Part shown: positions 40,525 to 51,380 of the stretch, one piece after another | Layout of the letters: the number at the start of each line of letters is the position of its first letter | Position numbering within the stretch: the first letter of the stretch is position 1 | Source of the DNA: Candidatus Methanomethylicia archaeon | GTDB lineage: Archaea; Thermoproteota; Methanomethylicia; CALHIW01 | Reading direction: 5' to 3' | DNA length: 64,000 nt | Assembly: GCA_038845975.1 (NCBI GenBank) | Contig: JAWBQF010000006.1 | Span: 1-64,000 of the forward strand | The notes under the pieces: model-generated | Database searches by the model: none | Seen by the model: only the letters and a program-made list of their open reading frames with translations | Told to the model about the DNA's origin: nothing | Translations under genes and position numbers: made by a program

Positions 40525-40685
40525 CATTTCTATCACAAAACTTAAATACTTCTAGGTTAATACTAATTAGTGATGTTCTAAATACCTCAAGCTCCTAAAG
40601 CCAGTTTGCTGTGAAGCAACTTAGGTGATGAATTGGTTTTTCTAGTGGATTTACTTGTTCTAGATTGTTAGGGCTGTTAGGTGTG

Positions 40686-41504
40686 TTAATGGTGTATTCT
40701 AGGTTTTATATGGAATTCACAGTATTCATCTCCTTTAGCTATGCATTTCTCTTCTAACGCTATTAGCTCTCTACCCATTAGGCTACTTAGTGTTCCGGCT
40801 ATTTCTCCTCTTACATATTGACATGATGGCTTATTCATCTTTCCCCTTATCAATTCCACTTCATATGAATCGTAAACTCTTATAGTTGCCTCCCCTCTAT
40901 CTATATTTAAACTTACTATTTCAGGATTAAAGTCTCCGAATCCCCTATCCAGATCAAAAGCTACTTTAACTACTTCCTCTAATGAAAGACTTAAAGGTTC
41001 CAGTAGCTTCTTAACATATTCTGCATATGTATAGCCTGAATAATATCCTAAGTGATAAAATATTACTGTAGCCCCCTCCCCCATCCTCTTTCTAAATTCC
41101 TCTATTATTGAGGAAAACGTTTCATATCTAATAATAAACGATTTAAATCCATGAACAAGCGTAGGAAAACATAAAGTATCATATATTACTCCATCTACTG
41201 AAGGCTTCCATAAATCAACACTAATAGTATAAGGCTTAGACTTAACAATATCTTTAAGCTCACTTAAACTTATTCTACTATCAGTAACATCTAAGAAGAA
41301 TATAAGTCTACCCTTCAAGCCATCACTATTAGCAAGCAAATACAAAATATTTATATTATTACTACTTATAACCTCAGAAACATCAGCTATAATACCAGCT
41401 CTCTCCCTAACCTCAATAACAATCTCAACAAGCCTACGTCCAGGCATAACATAAACAACAGGAAGATCCTTAACATATTTACACTCCAAACAACCACCAT
41501 ACAA
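40686..41504 (-). CDS. ACT + V4R domain protein
   Basis: RAGIIADVSEVI ACT motif; RGEIAG..EEKCIAKGDEYCEF V4R motif. Confidence 0.88.
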   Translation of the reverse strand: MYGGCLECKYVKDLPVVYVMPGRRLVEIVIEVRERAGIIADVSEVISSNNINILYLLANSDGLKGRLIFFLDVTDSRISLSELKDIVKSKPYTISVDLWKPSVDGVIYDTLCFPTLVHGFKSFIIRYETFSSIIEEFRKRMGEGATVIFYHLGYYSGYTYAEYVKKLLEPLSLSLEEVVKVAFDLDRGFGDFNPEIVSLNIDRGEATIRVYDSYEVELIRGKMNKPSCQYVRGEIAGTLSSLMGRELIALEEKCIAKGDEYCEFHIKPRIHH

Positions 41505-41520
41505 TGTAAAATTTAAATCT

Positions 41521-42005
41521 TAAATATCTTTCCCAAATATATCATATAAGTCTCTAATCTTCCTTCTCTTAAGATAAGCAGAAACCTTCTCTATAATTAC
41601 TTCCTCTAGTGTTAGAGTGTTTACTAGAATGGAGATACCATCAGTCATCTCGAATAGTCTTACTGTAAAATTTTTAAAGGTAGCTTTAAATCTAACTATA
41701 ACTCCTAAATAGGAAAACTTTGCAAAGATGGAGTTATTTGTTTTCTCGAATTTTTCTATATTAAACCTTTCCTCTTAAGTTATTTAAGAAGTTTTCTATG
41801 TTTACCATCTTTACGGTTAAGGGAAGGTAAACGTCAACATCTTCGGAAAACCTATTACTCCCATAGCATCGCCATATAGCAGTACCACCATGAATTACTG
41901 CTTCAGGAAAACTATTGTATATCTCCATGACTAAAATATCTTGAGCTAACGCTCGGCTTTATGTCTTCTCTTCTTAAGCTTTTTATATATTGGTAAAATT
42001 ACCAT
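41521..42005 (-). pseudogene. AbiEii-like nucleotidyltransferase toxin pseudogene
   Basis: HGGTAIWRCYGSNRFSEDVD and EKVSAY..RRKIRDLYD motifs; two frameshifts. Confidence 0.8.
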
Positions 42006-42442
42006 GATATAGAGTTAACCATTCCTATGTATAAATATAAGTTTGGTAGTTTCATTATGATGTTTATCCGTAATGGAGCTAATGCTGGAATTACATTAGT
42101 TTCTCTATTAAATCCATTTCTCCTCGGCTTTTCCATACCTTCTTAAATGCATTCTACTTCAATTATTACACAACATATAATAGATGACGTTAGGATATCT
42201 ATAGGGTCCTTAATAGATTCAATAATGATTCTTCCATCCTCAACGCAACACTTACAGCAGCTTTTAATACTAGAACTATGAGATTGCTTTATTCACATCG
42301 TTAAGAGCAGGAATTCTTCTTAGCATCTAGTTTAGATCACTTCAATAATTTTGTTTAATTCTAATTATAAAATGATGTTTAAAGTTAAATATAGCTGAGT
42401 GTAAATAGTATTCTATATGTTAATAAAATAGTGATTGCTGGT

Positions 42443-43570
42443 TTATGGCGGGAGAAATATGAGTTTTTCTGGTGGTAATATTTTATTTATTTGGTTTGCT
42501 ATAAGCATGTATATTCCTCCTTTAAGCATGTTTAGTAGTGATAGGCTTCTTTCAAGTTCATTGTTTGATGAGAATCTTTTCACTTGTTTTTTCGTATTTA
42601 CCTCTATTTTCTTAACAACTTTCCTCATCAGGTTTCCATATATCCTTGCAGCTTCTAAGTTTTCTTCTTCAGCTTTTGTTATTGCTTTTACTGCTAAACG
42701 TCCACTGAGAGCAGCATTATCCATTCCTACACCTCGATATAAGTCAAGTAGGCCTGCAGCATCCCCAACCAGTAATATTCTTTCCTCTCCCAGGAATACG
42801 GTGTTTTTCAATGTTGAAGAGAATCCTTCTCTTTTAACGATTTTACCGTTAAGCCCATACTTTTCCTTAACATAGTTGAAAAATCTATCTATATACTCTA
42901 ATGGATTTTTATTGGCGCCTGTACCAATCACCCACTTATCATCCTTCAAATAAACCCAAGCAAACATTAGAGGGCAAAACTCCCTCTTATAAAACATGTA
43001 AAGCGTATTAGGATCTAGTTTCGCCTCCCCAACAAAGTAATAATTTACCGCTGCTCCTGAAGCCTTCCTATAAAAATCTTGCGGCTGTAGTCTTCTTCTA
43101 ACTTTTGAAAGCATTCCATCAGCGCCAATAAGATAGCGAGTCTTAACCTCCCTATGTTTACCCTCTACTGAGATTTTAACATTTATTTTATCTTCACCTT
43201 TATTTTTAGTAAAGTCGATTAGTGAAGTATTATCGTGAAACTCTACACCAGCATCTACTGCTAATGAATTAAGCCAACTGTCAAAAGTAGATCTCCAAAA
43301 GTTCAGCATTCTTATCTTACCTTTCAAAACCTTACCCCTTGGAGTTATTATCTCCACTTTAAAGAGCATGTTTCTGCAAAGCTTATCTCTTGGTATTTCC
43401 TCACCAATAAGCTTTTCAAAATATTGAAACTGAATTCCTGAACAAGGCTTGTTTCTAGGAGTCTTATATTTCTCAAGCAGTAATGTCTTAAAACCCATCT
43501 TTGCAGCAAACCTTGCAGCAACAGAACCAGCTACCCCACCACCCACAGCAACTACATCATACTCCCCCAT
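42443..43570 (-). CDS. Geranylgeranyl-reductase-family FAD oxidoreductase
   Basis: GGGVAG, KPCSG, FDSWL, IGADG, VGDAAG. Confidence 0.88.
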   Translation of the reverse strand: MGEYDVVAVGGGVAGSVAARFAAKMGFKTLLLEKYKTPRNKPCSGIQFQYFEKLIGEEIPRDKLCRNMLFKVEIITPRGKVLKGKIRMLNFWRSTFDSWLNSLAVDAGVEFHDNTSLIDFTKNKGEDKINVKISVEGKHREVKTRYLIGADGMLSKVRRRLQPQDFYRKASGAAVNYYFVGEAKLDPNTLYMFYKREFCPLMFAWVYLKDDKWVIGTGANKNPLEYIDRFFNYVKEKYGLNGKIVKREGFSSTLKNTVFLGEERILLVGDAAGLLDLYRGVGMDNAALSGRLAVKAITKAEEENLEAARIYGNLMRKVVKKIEVNTKKQVKRFSSNNELERSLSLLNMLKGGIYMLIANQINKILPPEKLIFLPP

Positions 43571-43980
43571 ATCTTAACGTATTCTTCTATAAAAATATAA
43601 TTTTCTATTGGAAGACTATAGAATGATTGTAGATATGTATAATTCTTATTTGCGGTTTTGTAGATGCGTATGCTTGGCTATATAAGCTTTCTAGGAACCC
43701 TATCTAAGAATCTAACAGTAGGAGTTACCTAATCTCTATATTTAGCCTCACCTATACACTTATATTAGCATCTTGCCGGGTATAAATATTCCTACTCTTC
43801 AATAAGATTGTTTTAGTTAGTATTATGTCTTTACTAATTTAATGTTTCATCAATTATAGCCATGTAGAACTTATTAAGAGTATTTCTAAGTCTTTTCACT
43901 ATTGTATATGCTTATCGAAGTATTCTTTGCATAGGGTAAAACTTAAATATTTAGGGATTGAAGCTTAGCTGTAGGTATTT

Positions 43981-45309
43981 ATGAGCTTATTGGAGATGAA
44001 GTTTTCACATAGATTAACCATAGCGTTAATAGCTGCGAATCTAGTTGTTTATTTAGTTACATCGTATGAAAACCTATTTCTAAGTGTTAGTGATTACTGG
44101 GTAGCAGTAGGTAGCTTTTCCCCATCTCTCCTATTATATCCATCCCAGTGGTATAGGGTTTTAACATCAATGTTTATGCATGCCGACATCTTTCATATAT
44201 TCTTCAATATGTACTTTCTATTTTTTACTGGTAGAGCTGTTGAGGAGGCTTTAGGTTCTTCAAGATTTGGAGTTCTCTACTTTCTCTCCGGAGTAGCTGC
44301 ATCAATTTTTCATTCAGCTTTCTCCTATATAGGTGGCTTCACATCATATGTGATTCCTACAATCGGTGCTTCAGGAGCAATAAGTGGTGTTTTAGGAGCC
44401 TATCTACTTCTATATCCAGGTACCTCTCTAATTATCTATATACCTATCTTCATATTTCCAATCTACTTTCCCGTAAAGGCATCTATCTACATAATCTTCT
44501 GGTTTGCAACCCAGGTAATATATGGATATGCTAAGGTAGCTGGTAGTATTGCTGTTTTCGCTCATGCAGGCGGATTCCTAGCGGGTTCCTCCCTACTTCC
44601 TCTTCTAGCTAGTAGAGATAGGATAAAAATTCTTAGAGCTATAGTTCATTCCTCAAGCTTCTTTAAGCTTCCAGTAAGATATTTAAGAGGATTAAGCCCC
44701 ACTTCAAAAATCATACTTAACATCTTGACAGTAATGCTTATTCTAGGAGGAATCTACATAGTAATAACTGCTCCAAGCATAGAAGAGATTAAAGTAGCGA
44801 CAGTACAGTACTCCCTTAATGAAGTATTCTATACTGATTATATTTCCTTTAATCCCCAGGATCCTAAATACTATAAAGCAACACTTCAAGAAACAAGAAT
44901 CCTCCTAAACAGGTTAATAGCTGCAGATCTCCTCTACGATGTTAGGAAATCCTTAAGGACAGTGGAGATTAGAGATCAAGTAATAGTAACAAAACATGAA
45001 ATTCAAGTAGGTGAGAGAAGAGAAACTGTAAACGTGGAGAATAGGATACAGTATTTTAGAGGAGTCTATGATAAGAAGGGCTTTCTAACATATGCTGAAG
45101 GAAAATTTACTACAAGCATAATCTATATTTCAAGACTTAACTATTACTTAAGTAATCCTGTAACCTACATGTTCAACATAGATTTAATAAATGTAGATGC
45201 TGGATTAATATCAAAATATACTGGACTAATATCACTTATTATATCGATTTCTGCTCAACTTGTATTCACAACTAGAGACAAAGAGCTATCCATAGTGGCT
45301 GAGGAATAA
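43981..45309 (+). CDS. Rhomboid intramembrane serine protease with C-terminal extension
   Basis: TSMFMH..HIFFNM, GASGAISG, AHAGG. Confidence 0.92.
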   Translation: MSLLEMKFSHRLTIALIAANLVVYLVTSYENLFLSVSDYWVAVGSFSPSLLLYPSQWYRVLTSMFMHADIFHIFFNMYFLFFTGRAVEEALGSSRFGVLYFLSGVAASIFHSAFSYIGGFTSYVIPTIGASGAISGVLGAYLLLYPGTSLIIYIPIFIFPIYFPVKASIYIIFWFATQVIYGYAKVAGSIAVFAHAGGFLAGSSLLPLLASRDRIKILRAIVHSSSFFKLPVRYLRGLSPTSKIILNILTVMLILGGIYIVITAPSIEEIKVATVQYSLNEVFYTDYISFNPQDPKYYKATLQETRILLNRLIAADLLYDVRKSLRTVEIRDQVIVTKHEIQVGERRETVNVENRIQYFRGVYDKKGFLTYAEGKFTTSIIYISRLNYYLSNPVTYMFNIDLINVDAGLISKYTGLISLIISISAQLVFTTRDKELSIVAEE

Positions 45310-45554
45310 TCCAATACTTAACCAAGTTAATAACTATTAATATTCTACTTTACGGCATGAAAACCACTAGATGCTTTAAATCCTATTAACTTATTTAGGA
45401 TATATCTACCTACTATATTAATATGATTAGTCGTTTAGATTCTTAGAAGGTAAAATACTGGGAAATTTGTAATAATACGAAGTGTAATTAAAACTTAAAG
45501 TAAATCCATAATACCTTTACTAATACTAACTATGTAACTCCTATAATTGTGGAG

Positions 45555-46048
45555 AACCCTGTGAACTTTATCTTTATTCGGAAATTTACGGTGAACCTAT
45601 AGCTAAAGTTATTAGGTTTATAGGAGATAACCTCATCTACTTTAGTTGTTTATAGATTATATATTTTCATTCATATATAATGGCTTCAGATACTCTAAGC
45701 TTTATTGTAGAGATCTATATTATGTTTATCTTAGTTGCGAATATGCTTACATCACTAACATTAAATGATTAAAGCTATCTACAGCTAATATAATTGTATT
45801 AAGTAGTTCATTACTATAAAGCATCATGTAAAATATTGAATTTAAACATGAATGGTTTAGAAGTTAGAATCTAGTGGAGAGAGTAATTGTTATTATTTAT
45901 ATATTATGCGTGAAGGATAAGCGTAATGGTAAGCATGAATCCATGATCATGAAGTCAATAGCATATCTGAAATAGAAAATAAAACTAAGAATTCACAGAA
46001 ATACAACATCAAAATAAAGGTAATAGGCATGCTTAAGTTCATAAATCC
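45555..46048 (+). mobile_element. Decayed IS6-family element
   Basis: Colinear similarity to 58191-58973 and to 28120-28617(-); ends CTGTGAACTTTA / TAAGTTCATAAATCC. Confidence 0.75.
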
Positions 46049-46089
46049 ATAGGATGACGAGTAATAGACTTAAAAAGATGCTTAGATGA

Positions 46090-46821
46090 TTAAGTAAGGT
46101 CTTTCTCTTGGGGTTTTGTAGTTCTTAGCATTACTTTAAACATTTCTTGAGCATTGTGAAGCATATTGTGGTTATTGTTAAAATATATGTAGGCTTTATG
46201 TGGGTTTAAAGCCGTGATTTTACTAGCTATGTTTTCAATTTCTTCAATACTGTAATTGTACGAGTACCATGTAAGTCCTCTACCGTGAAGTCTAAGATAT
46301 AATATACCGTTAGTATTAAATATTGCCTCTAAGATTTCAGGACTATCTATAGAAGCCATTGTTACATTAAGCTTTCTACACCAATCAATCCATTCATCAC
46401 TAAACCATTTTAAATTTCTAAACTCAATAGCAAACCTCCAATTCAAATTAGCTTTACTTATAAATGATTCAATTCTCCTCACATATTTATCTATCGGTAA
46501 TACTTGAGGAGGAAGCTGGAAGAGATAGAAATCTATATGGTCGTCAAGAGGCTTAAAAAGATTGTAAAATCTATCCCATACATTATAGGCTTTCTCACTG
46601 AATCTATATACGTGAGTTATAAATTTATTCACCTTAATACTCCATCTAAAACCTCTACGTGTTAAGCGGCTCCATAAGGCAACCTGAGATCGGAATGGGA
46701 AACGGTAAAATGATGCATTCAATTCAACACTATTCAGATTTGAATTCTCAATATACCACTTAAAGTCACCACCGAGGTTCCAGTCATACATCCATCCAGA
46801 TGTACCAACATAAACCTCCAT
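46090..46821 (-). CDS. DUF72 family protein
   Basis: VGTSGW, VELNASFY, FQLPP, YLRLHG, YFNN. Confidence 0.92.
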   Translation of the reverse strand: MEVYVGTSGWMYDWNLGGDFKWYIENSNLNSVELNASFYRFPFRSQVALWSRLTRRGFRWSIKVNKFITHVYRFSEKAYNVWDRFYNLFKPLDDHIDFYLFQLPPQVLPIDKYVRRIESFISKANLNWRFAIEFRNLKWFSDEWIDWCRKLNVTMASIDSPEILEAIFNTNGILYLRLHGRGLTWYSYNYSIEEIENIASKITALNPHKAYIYFNNNHNMLHNAQEMFKVMLRTTKPQEKDLT

Positions 46822-46971
46822 AATCCTACTACCAGAAATAATATCTAAACACTGCTTAAACCTTACGTTTCTAATTGTCTATGAATCTATCTCCATACAA
46901 ACAATGAAGAAGCTTTCTAGCCAATTAGAAAGTAAACAGTCAACAATAAGTATAATGTATGCTACTACATG

Positions 46972-47028
46972 TACTCTATAAACTTTAGATAGAATCATAT
47001 ATAGCTAATGGCTTAAGTTCACAAAACT
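46972..47028. mobile_element. IS6-derived mini-MITE
   Basis: CTCTATAAACTTTAGAT...GGCTTAAGTTCACAAAACT. Confidence 0.65.
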
Positions 47029-47494
47029 CTTAGAAATGAATTTAAAAGATTTTAAAGTGTAGGTAACTGTTAAGCCTAATGCTTGATACTTATTGTTCTT
47101 GTTAAGTCATATATTAGTATAGATTTCTAAAACTTCGTAAATAAAGATTCAACTATTCCAATAATCTATATTATCACTATAGCTAATATGTAGAGTCTAC
47201 TCATAACGATGCTAATAGTTAAATCTATAAATGAAATAAATACTAGAATCAACCTAATTAACATTATGAAGAATGAAATTGAAAATATGAATAATACCTA
47301 ACATATTCTTAATGGGGATTTATTTGGAAGATTATTCTATGATTTTAATCATTAATTACTTAATATCTAAGATTTATAGAGGTTTAAGATCTTTAATAAG
47401 CTTATAAGACATAGAGTTTGCTATATTGGGATCGATAAGTTCGGAGAATTGAGTCTATGAATTGTAGTTTTCAGATAGTATTTATGGAAAAGGA

Positions 47495-48931
47495 TTATTC
47501 GTATGGTTTTTCAAATGGTTTAACATCGTGGGGTGCTATTTCATTCATACCGGCATGTGATATTAGAGCAACTCTAGCTTTCAATTTCATTTCAGCTATG
47601 TTTGCTGCTCCTACATATCCGAATGCTGTTTTAAGTCCAGCTATAAATCTATCTAGTATAGTGGTTACGTCGCCTCTATATGGTACAAGGCTTTCTATTC
47701 CTTCAGCTATGTCTTTTGATGGTTTACTATATCTATCAAGCGTGAATCTTTTCAGTCTTGCTGATGGGCTTCCCATTCCTCTATATATCTTGTAGATTTT
47801 ACCTCCTATCATCATGGTTGATCCAGGTGTCTCTTTAGTTCCAGCTAGAGCATAGCCAAGCATTACAGCATCAGCCCCCATAGCAAATGCCTTTGCAGCT
47901 TCTCCAGGTCCTCTTATACCTCCATCAGCTATTATAGCTACCTTACTTGAATATTTCTTTATTGCCTCATATGTTTTCGCTACAGCGTAGAGGGTTGGTG
48001 CTGCTACTCCAGTAACTTCACCGGTAGTACATATACTTCCACTTCCTATACCTACTCTAAGCCCTATAATATCAAGCCTACAAATAGCTTCCTCTGCAGC
48101 TTCATAGGTTCCTATGTTTCCAGCAATAACAGGAATATTTACTTCAGCTATTAATTTCTTAGTAGCGTTTATTACGTTTTCATTGTGGAAGTGGGCTACA
48201 TCAATAACAAGAACATCCACATACGGTGCTAACGCTACCGCTCTATTAATATCGAATGGAGAGACTGCAGCACCAACTCTAAGTCTTCCCTCACTATCTC
48301 TTGCTGCAAAGGGATGTAGCTCCCTATGGAAAACATCCTTTGCAGTAATAAGCCCTACCAACTCTCCAAATTCATTTATAACTGGAAGCTTCTCAATCTT
48401 ATATCTAGCCATTATTTTCCTAGCTTCTTGAGGAGTTATTTCAGGTCCTACAGTAATCGGATCCTTCGTCATTACTTCCTTAACTGAAAGATTACTATTC
48501 TCAGCAAAGTAGATATCTCTCCTAGTTACTATTCCTACTAGCCTCCTACTAACAACTACTGGAAGCCCTGAGATTCCATACTCCCTCATTAACCTTCTAG
48601 CTTCCTCCACACTATCTTCAGGAGAAACGGTTATTACATCTCTTATTATAAAGGATTCTACCCTCTTAACAGTCTTCACCATTTTAACCTGCTCCTCAAC
48701 TGTACAGTTTCTATGAATAACTCCTAAACCCCCCATTCTAGCCATCGCTATCGCCATCTCCTCTTCAGTTACGGTATCCATAGGGGAAGATAGTATTGGA
48801 GTGGTAAGTACTATGCTTCCTATTCTTGTTGTTAAATCAATGTTTGAAGGCTCAACTTCAGTTTTACCTGGTAGGAGTATTACATCGTTAAATGTAAATG
48901 CAAAATCCATTTTATTAAAGCCTACATCCAT
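47495..48931 (-). CDS. guaB: IMP dehydrogenase with CBS pair
   Basis: TFNDV, SSPMDTVT, GIGSGSICTT, ADGGI, YRGMGS. Confidence 0.96.
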   Translation of the reverse strand: MDVGFNKMDFAFTFNDVILLPGKTEVEPSNIDLTTRIGSIVLTTPILSSPMDTVTEEEMAIAMARMGGLGVIHRNCTVEEQVKMVKTVKRVESFIIRDVITVSPEDSVEEARRLMREYGISGLPVVVSRRLVGIVTRRDIYFAENSNLSVKEVMTKDPITVGPEITPQEARKIMARYKIEKLPVINEFGELVGLITAKDVFHRELHPFAARDSEGRLRVGAAVSPFDINRAVALAPYVDVLVIDVAHFHNENVINATKKLIAEVNIPVIAGNIGTYEAAEEAICRLDIIGLRVGIGSGSICTTGEVTGVAAPTLYAVAKTYEAIKKYSSKVAIIADGGIRGPGEAAKAFAMGADAVMLGYALAGTKETPGSTMMIGGKIYKIYRGMGSPSARLKRFTLDRYSKPSKDIAEGIESLVPYRGDVTTILDRFIAGLKTAFGYVGAANIAEMKLKARVALISHAGMNEIAPHDVKPFEKPYE

Positions 48932-48977
48932 ATTGAAAATGATTTTACAGTCTAATAAACCTTACTAACTTAATACT

Positions 48978-49033
48978 TGCTATGTGAACCTTAGATGTGA
49001 AGTATATGTAGTTGATGGTTAATTCATGAAGAT
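48978..49033. mobile_element. IS6-derived mini-MITE
   Basis: GCTATGTGAACCTTAGATGTGAAGTATATGTAGTTGATGGTTAATTCATGAAG aligns with the 24250 copy. Confidence 0.7.
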
Positions 49034-49987
49034 AATTAACAATTAAAGAAGATTCAGTATTTTAAAGCCGGCATCAATTTAAACCTTTAATTGAAATCTG
49101 ATGGAATATGGTTAAAGATGATATATACTTAAGTTCATAAATCCTAATTCTTATCGTAAACTTAAATAATCAAATACTTCTACATAAGTTCAAATAGCCT
49201 TAATACTGGCTATAAGCTGTTTAAGCTTAGTATAATGTGTTCTTGAATGTTACTAAATGGTTCAAGTCTTAACTCTAGGTCTACTATATGTTCTCCTACT
49301 AACTCGGATGTTTAATAAGATGTGCTCTTACTATACTGATAGTTTAAAATTTAGAGGAGCTTAACAATATATAGGAAAAATTCTACTACTAAATTATTAA
49401 TTAATAGGAGATGTTCCGTAACGATTTGAAGTAAGAATATTTCATATTGGAGCATTATGTGTAGGCGGTGAGGGATAGATACTTTACAGTAGTTGTTTCC
49501 TCCACTCTTCTAGTTTTCCTTTTTCTCAGCTATGTTCTTATAAACTCCTATATTTCATGTCTATTATATGGATTGAATTCTATAAATATAAGAATTTTAA
49601 GACACCTATTGATGAAATAATTTCTATTTTTAAGAAGCTAGAATATTCTTCATATTCTCGGAATCATGGACAATATCTTAATGCCTAAATTTAATATGAA
49701 TTATACATCATCTATTTAAACTTTTTGAAGTTTAGAAAGTTTAATCTTTTAAGGCTTCTTGAAGAGCTTAATATTTCTATATTGAAGCAATACTTAAAGA
49801 AGTAAAGCATTACAGTTAATGGTTATTACTCTATATGAATGTTTTCTTTTACTGTAAATCTAATAACTTTAGCTATATCGTCACAATAAGTAAGGGAAGT
49901 TCTTAACAAAGCTCATAGGGCAAGGATTTTGGACGTGGTAACTCAGCATATTGTAGCTTCTTCTTAATTTGCTAGATTCAGGATTTT

Positions 49988-50046
49988 GACTCTGTAAACT
50001 TTAGATATGGGAAGTAAATGTAATTGATAGTTTAAGCTCACAAGGT
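49988..50046. mobile_element. IS6-derived mini-MITE with flanking GGATTTT direct repeat
   Basis: Aligns with the 24250 copy; GGATTTT at 49981-49987 and 50047-50053. Confidence 0.75.
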
Positions 50047-50100
50047 GGATTTTAGCCGTAAAATTTATATGTTGGAGGGGAAATATTGCTGGTTTTAGCT

Positions 50101-50988
50101 ATGGTGATTAAGTTAGAAGGCATTATGCCCCCAATACCAACTCCATTTACTTCTACTGGAGATTTTGATGAGGGAAAGTTTAGAAATCTGATTAAATGGT
50201 ATATTAATATTGGTGTTCATGGTATTGCGATTTGTGGAAGTACTGGTGAAGGCTACGCTATTCTACCTGATGAGTATGTAAGGATATGTGAAGTAGCTGT
50301 AAGCGAGGTTAAAGGTAGAGTACCTGTAATTGCTGGTATTATAGTTAATTCCCTTAAGCAAGCATTAGTATACGGTGAAGTAGCTAAGAGTAAGGGCGTT
50401 GATGCTTTAATGGTAACACCTCCACACTACATCTTCATCCCAAATGAAGAGGGGCTTTACCAGTACTTTAAGACAATAGCGGAAACACTTAACATGCCAC
50501 TAATAATCTACAATGTAGTACCTCATGTACCAGTTCCATTAAATGTGGTTTTAAGACTTACCAATACAGTAAAGCAGCTAGTTGGAATTAAGCAGAGTAG
50601 AGGAGATATTAGTGGTCTTGCTGATTTAGTTAAGGCTGTAGGGGATAAGGTATCAATAATGTCTGCAATAGACGACTTATTATATCCATCATTCATACTT
50701 GGCGCTAAAGGATCTATTGCTGGAATATGTACAGCAGCACCAGACTTATCCATTGATCTATATTATGCGGTGAAAAGAGGAGACCATATGGAAGCGCTTG
50801 AAATACATGGTAAACTACTAGCAATATGGAGAGCTATTGGTCAGCAGGATATGCCTGCAAGAGTAAAAGCATTACTAGAATTAAGAGGAATACCAGCGGG
50901 ATATCCTAGAAAACCAATACTACCGCTATCTGAAAGTGTTAGGGAAGAATTAAGAAAAGTACTAATTAATACAGGTATACTAAAATAA
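50101..50988 (+). CDS. DHDPS/NAL-family class I aldolase
   Basis: GSTGE, PPHY, IYNV, GIKQS. Confidence 0.92.
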   Translation: MVIKLEGIMPPIPTPFTSTGDFDEGKFRNLIKWYINIGVHGIAICGSTGEGYAILPDEYVRICEVAVSEVKGRVPVIAGIIVNSLKQALVYGEVAKSKGVDALMVTPPHYIFIPNEEGLYQYFKTIAETLNMPLIIYNVVPHVPVPLNVVLRLTNTVKQLVGIKQSRGDISGLADLVKAVGDKVSIMSAIDDLLYPSFILGAKGSIAGICTAAPDLSIDLYYAVKRGDHMEALEIHGKLLAIWRAIGQQDMPARVKALLELRGIPAGYPRKPILPLSESVREELRKVLINTGILK

Positions 50989-51278
50989 TGCTTCATTAAT
51001 TTATTATCGTAGATAATAGATTAGTGTAGCATAAGGTACTTCATATATTTAAATCTTAATATTCTAAGCAAGTTTATGAAGGCTTACTCTATAGACTTCA
51101 TGAATTTAGGGTATACTACCTCTTAACAATAGGATACTAATAGAGTTCTAATTAATGGTTATGTTTAGTTAGAGTTTTCATAAATCATTATTATCTAAAT
51201 TCTCCACTATTCAGTCATAAGGGAAAGTCTATGTTAACTCTTTCCACTGATGGAGTTTATGGCTTCTAATCTGTTAGC

Positions 51279-51327
51279 GGTCTTGTGGACTTTACTTATA
51301 TAGCTGATGGTTCAAGTTCACGGAGCA
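51279..51327. mobile_element. IS6-derived mini-MITE
   Basis: GGTCTTGTGGACTT...ATAGCTGATGGTTCAAGTTCACGGAGC. Confidence 0.65.
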
Positions 51328-51380
51328 ATGCTATTTAGCAAAAAACTTATAATTATGTTTTTAGAATTATCTTGATCTAG

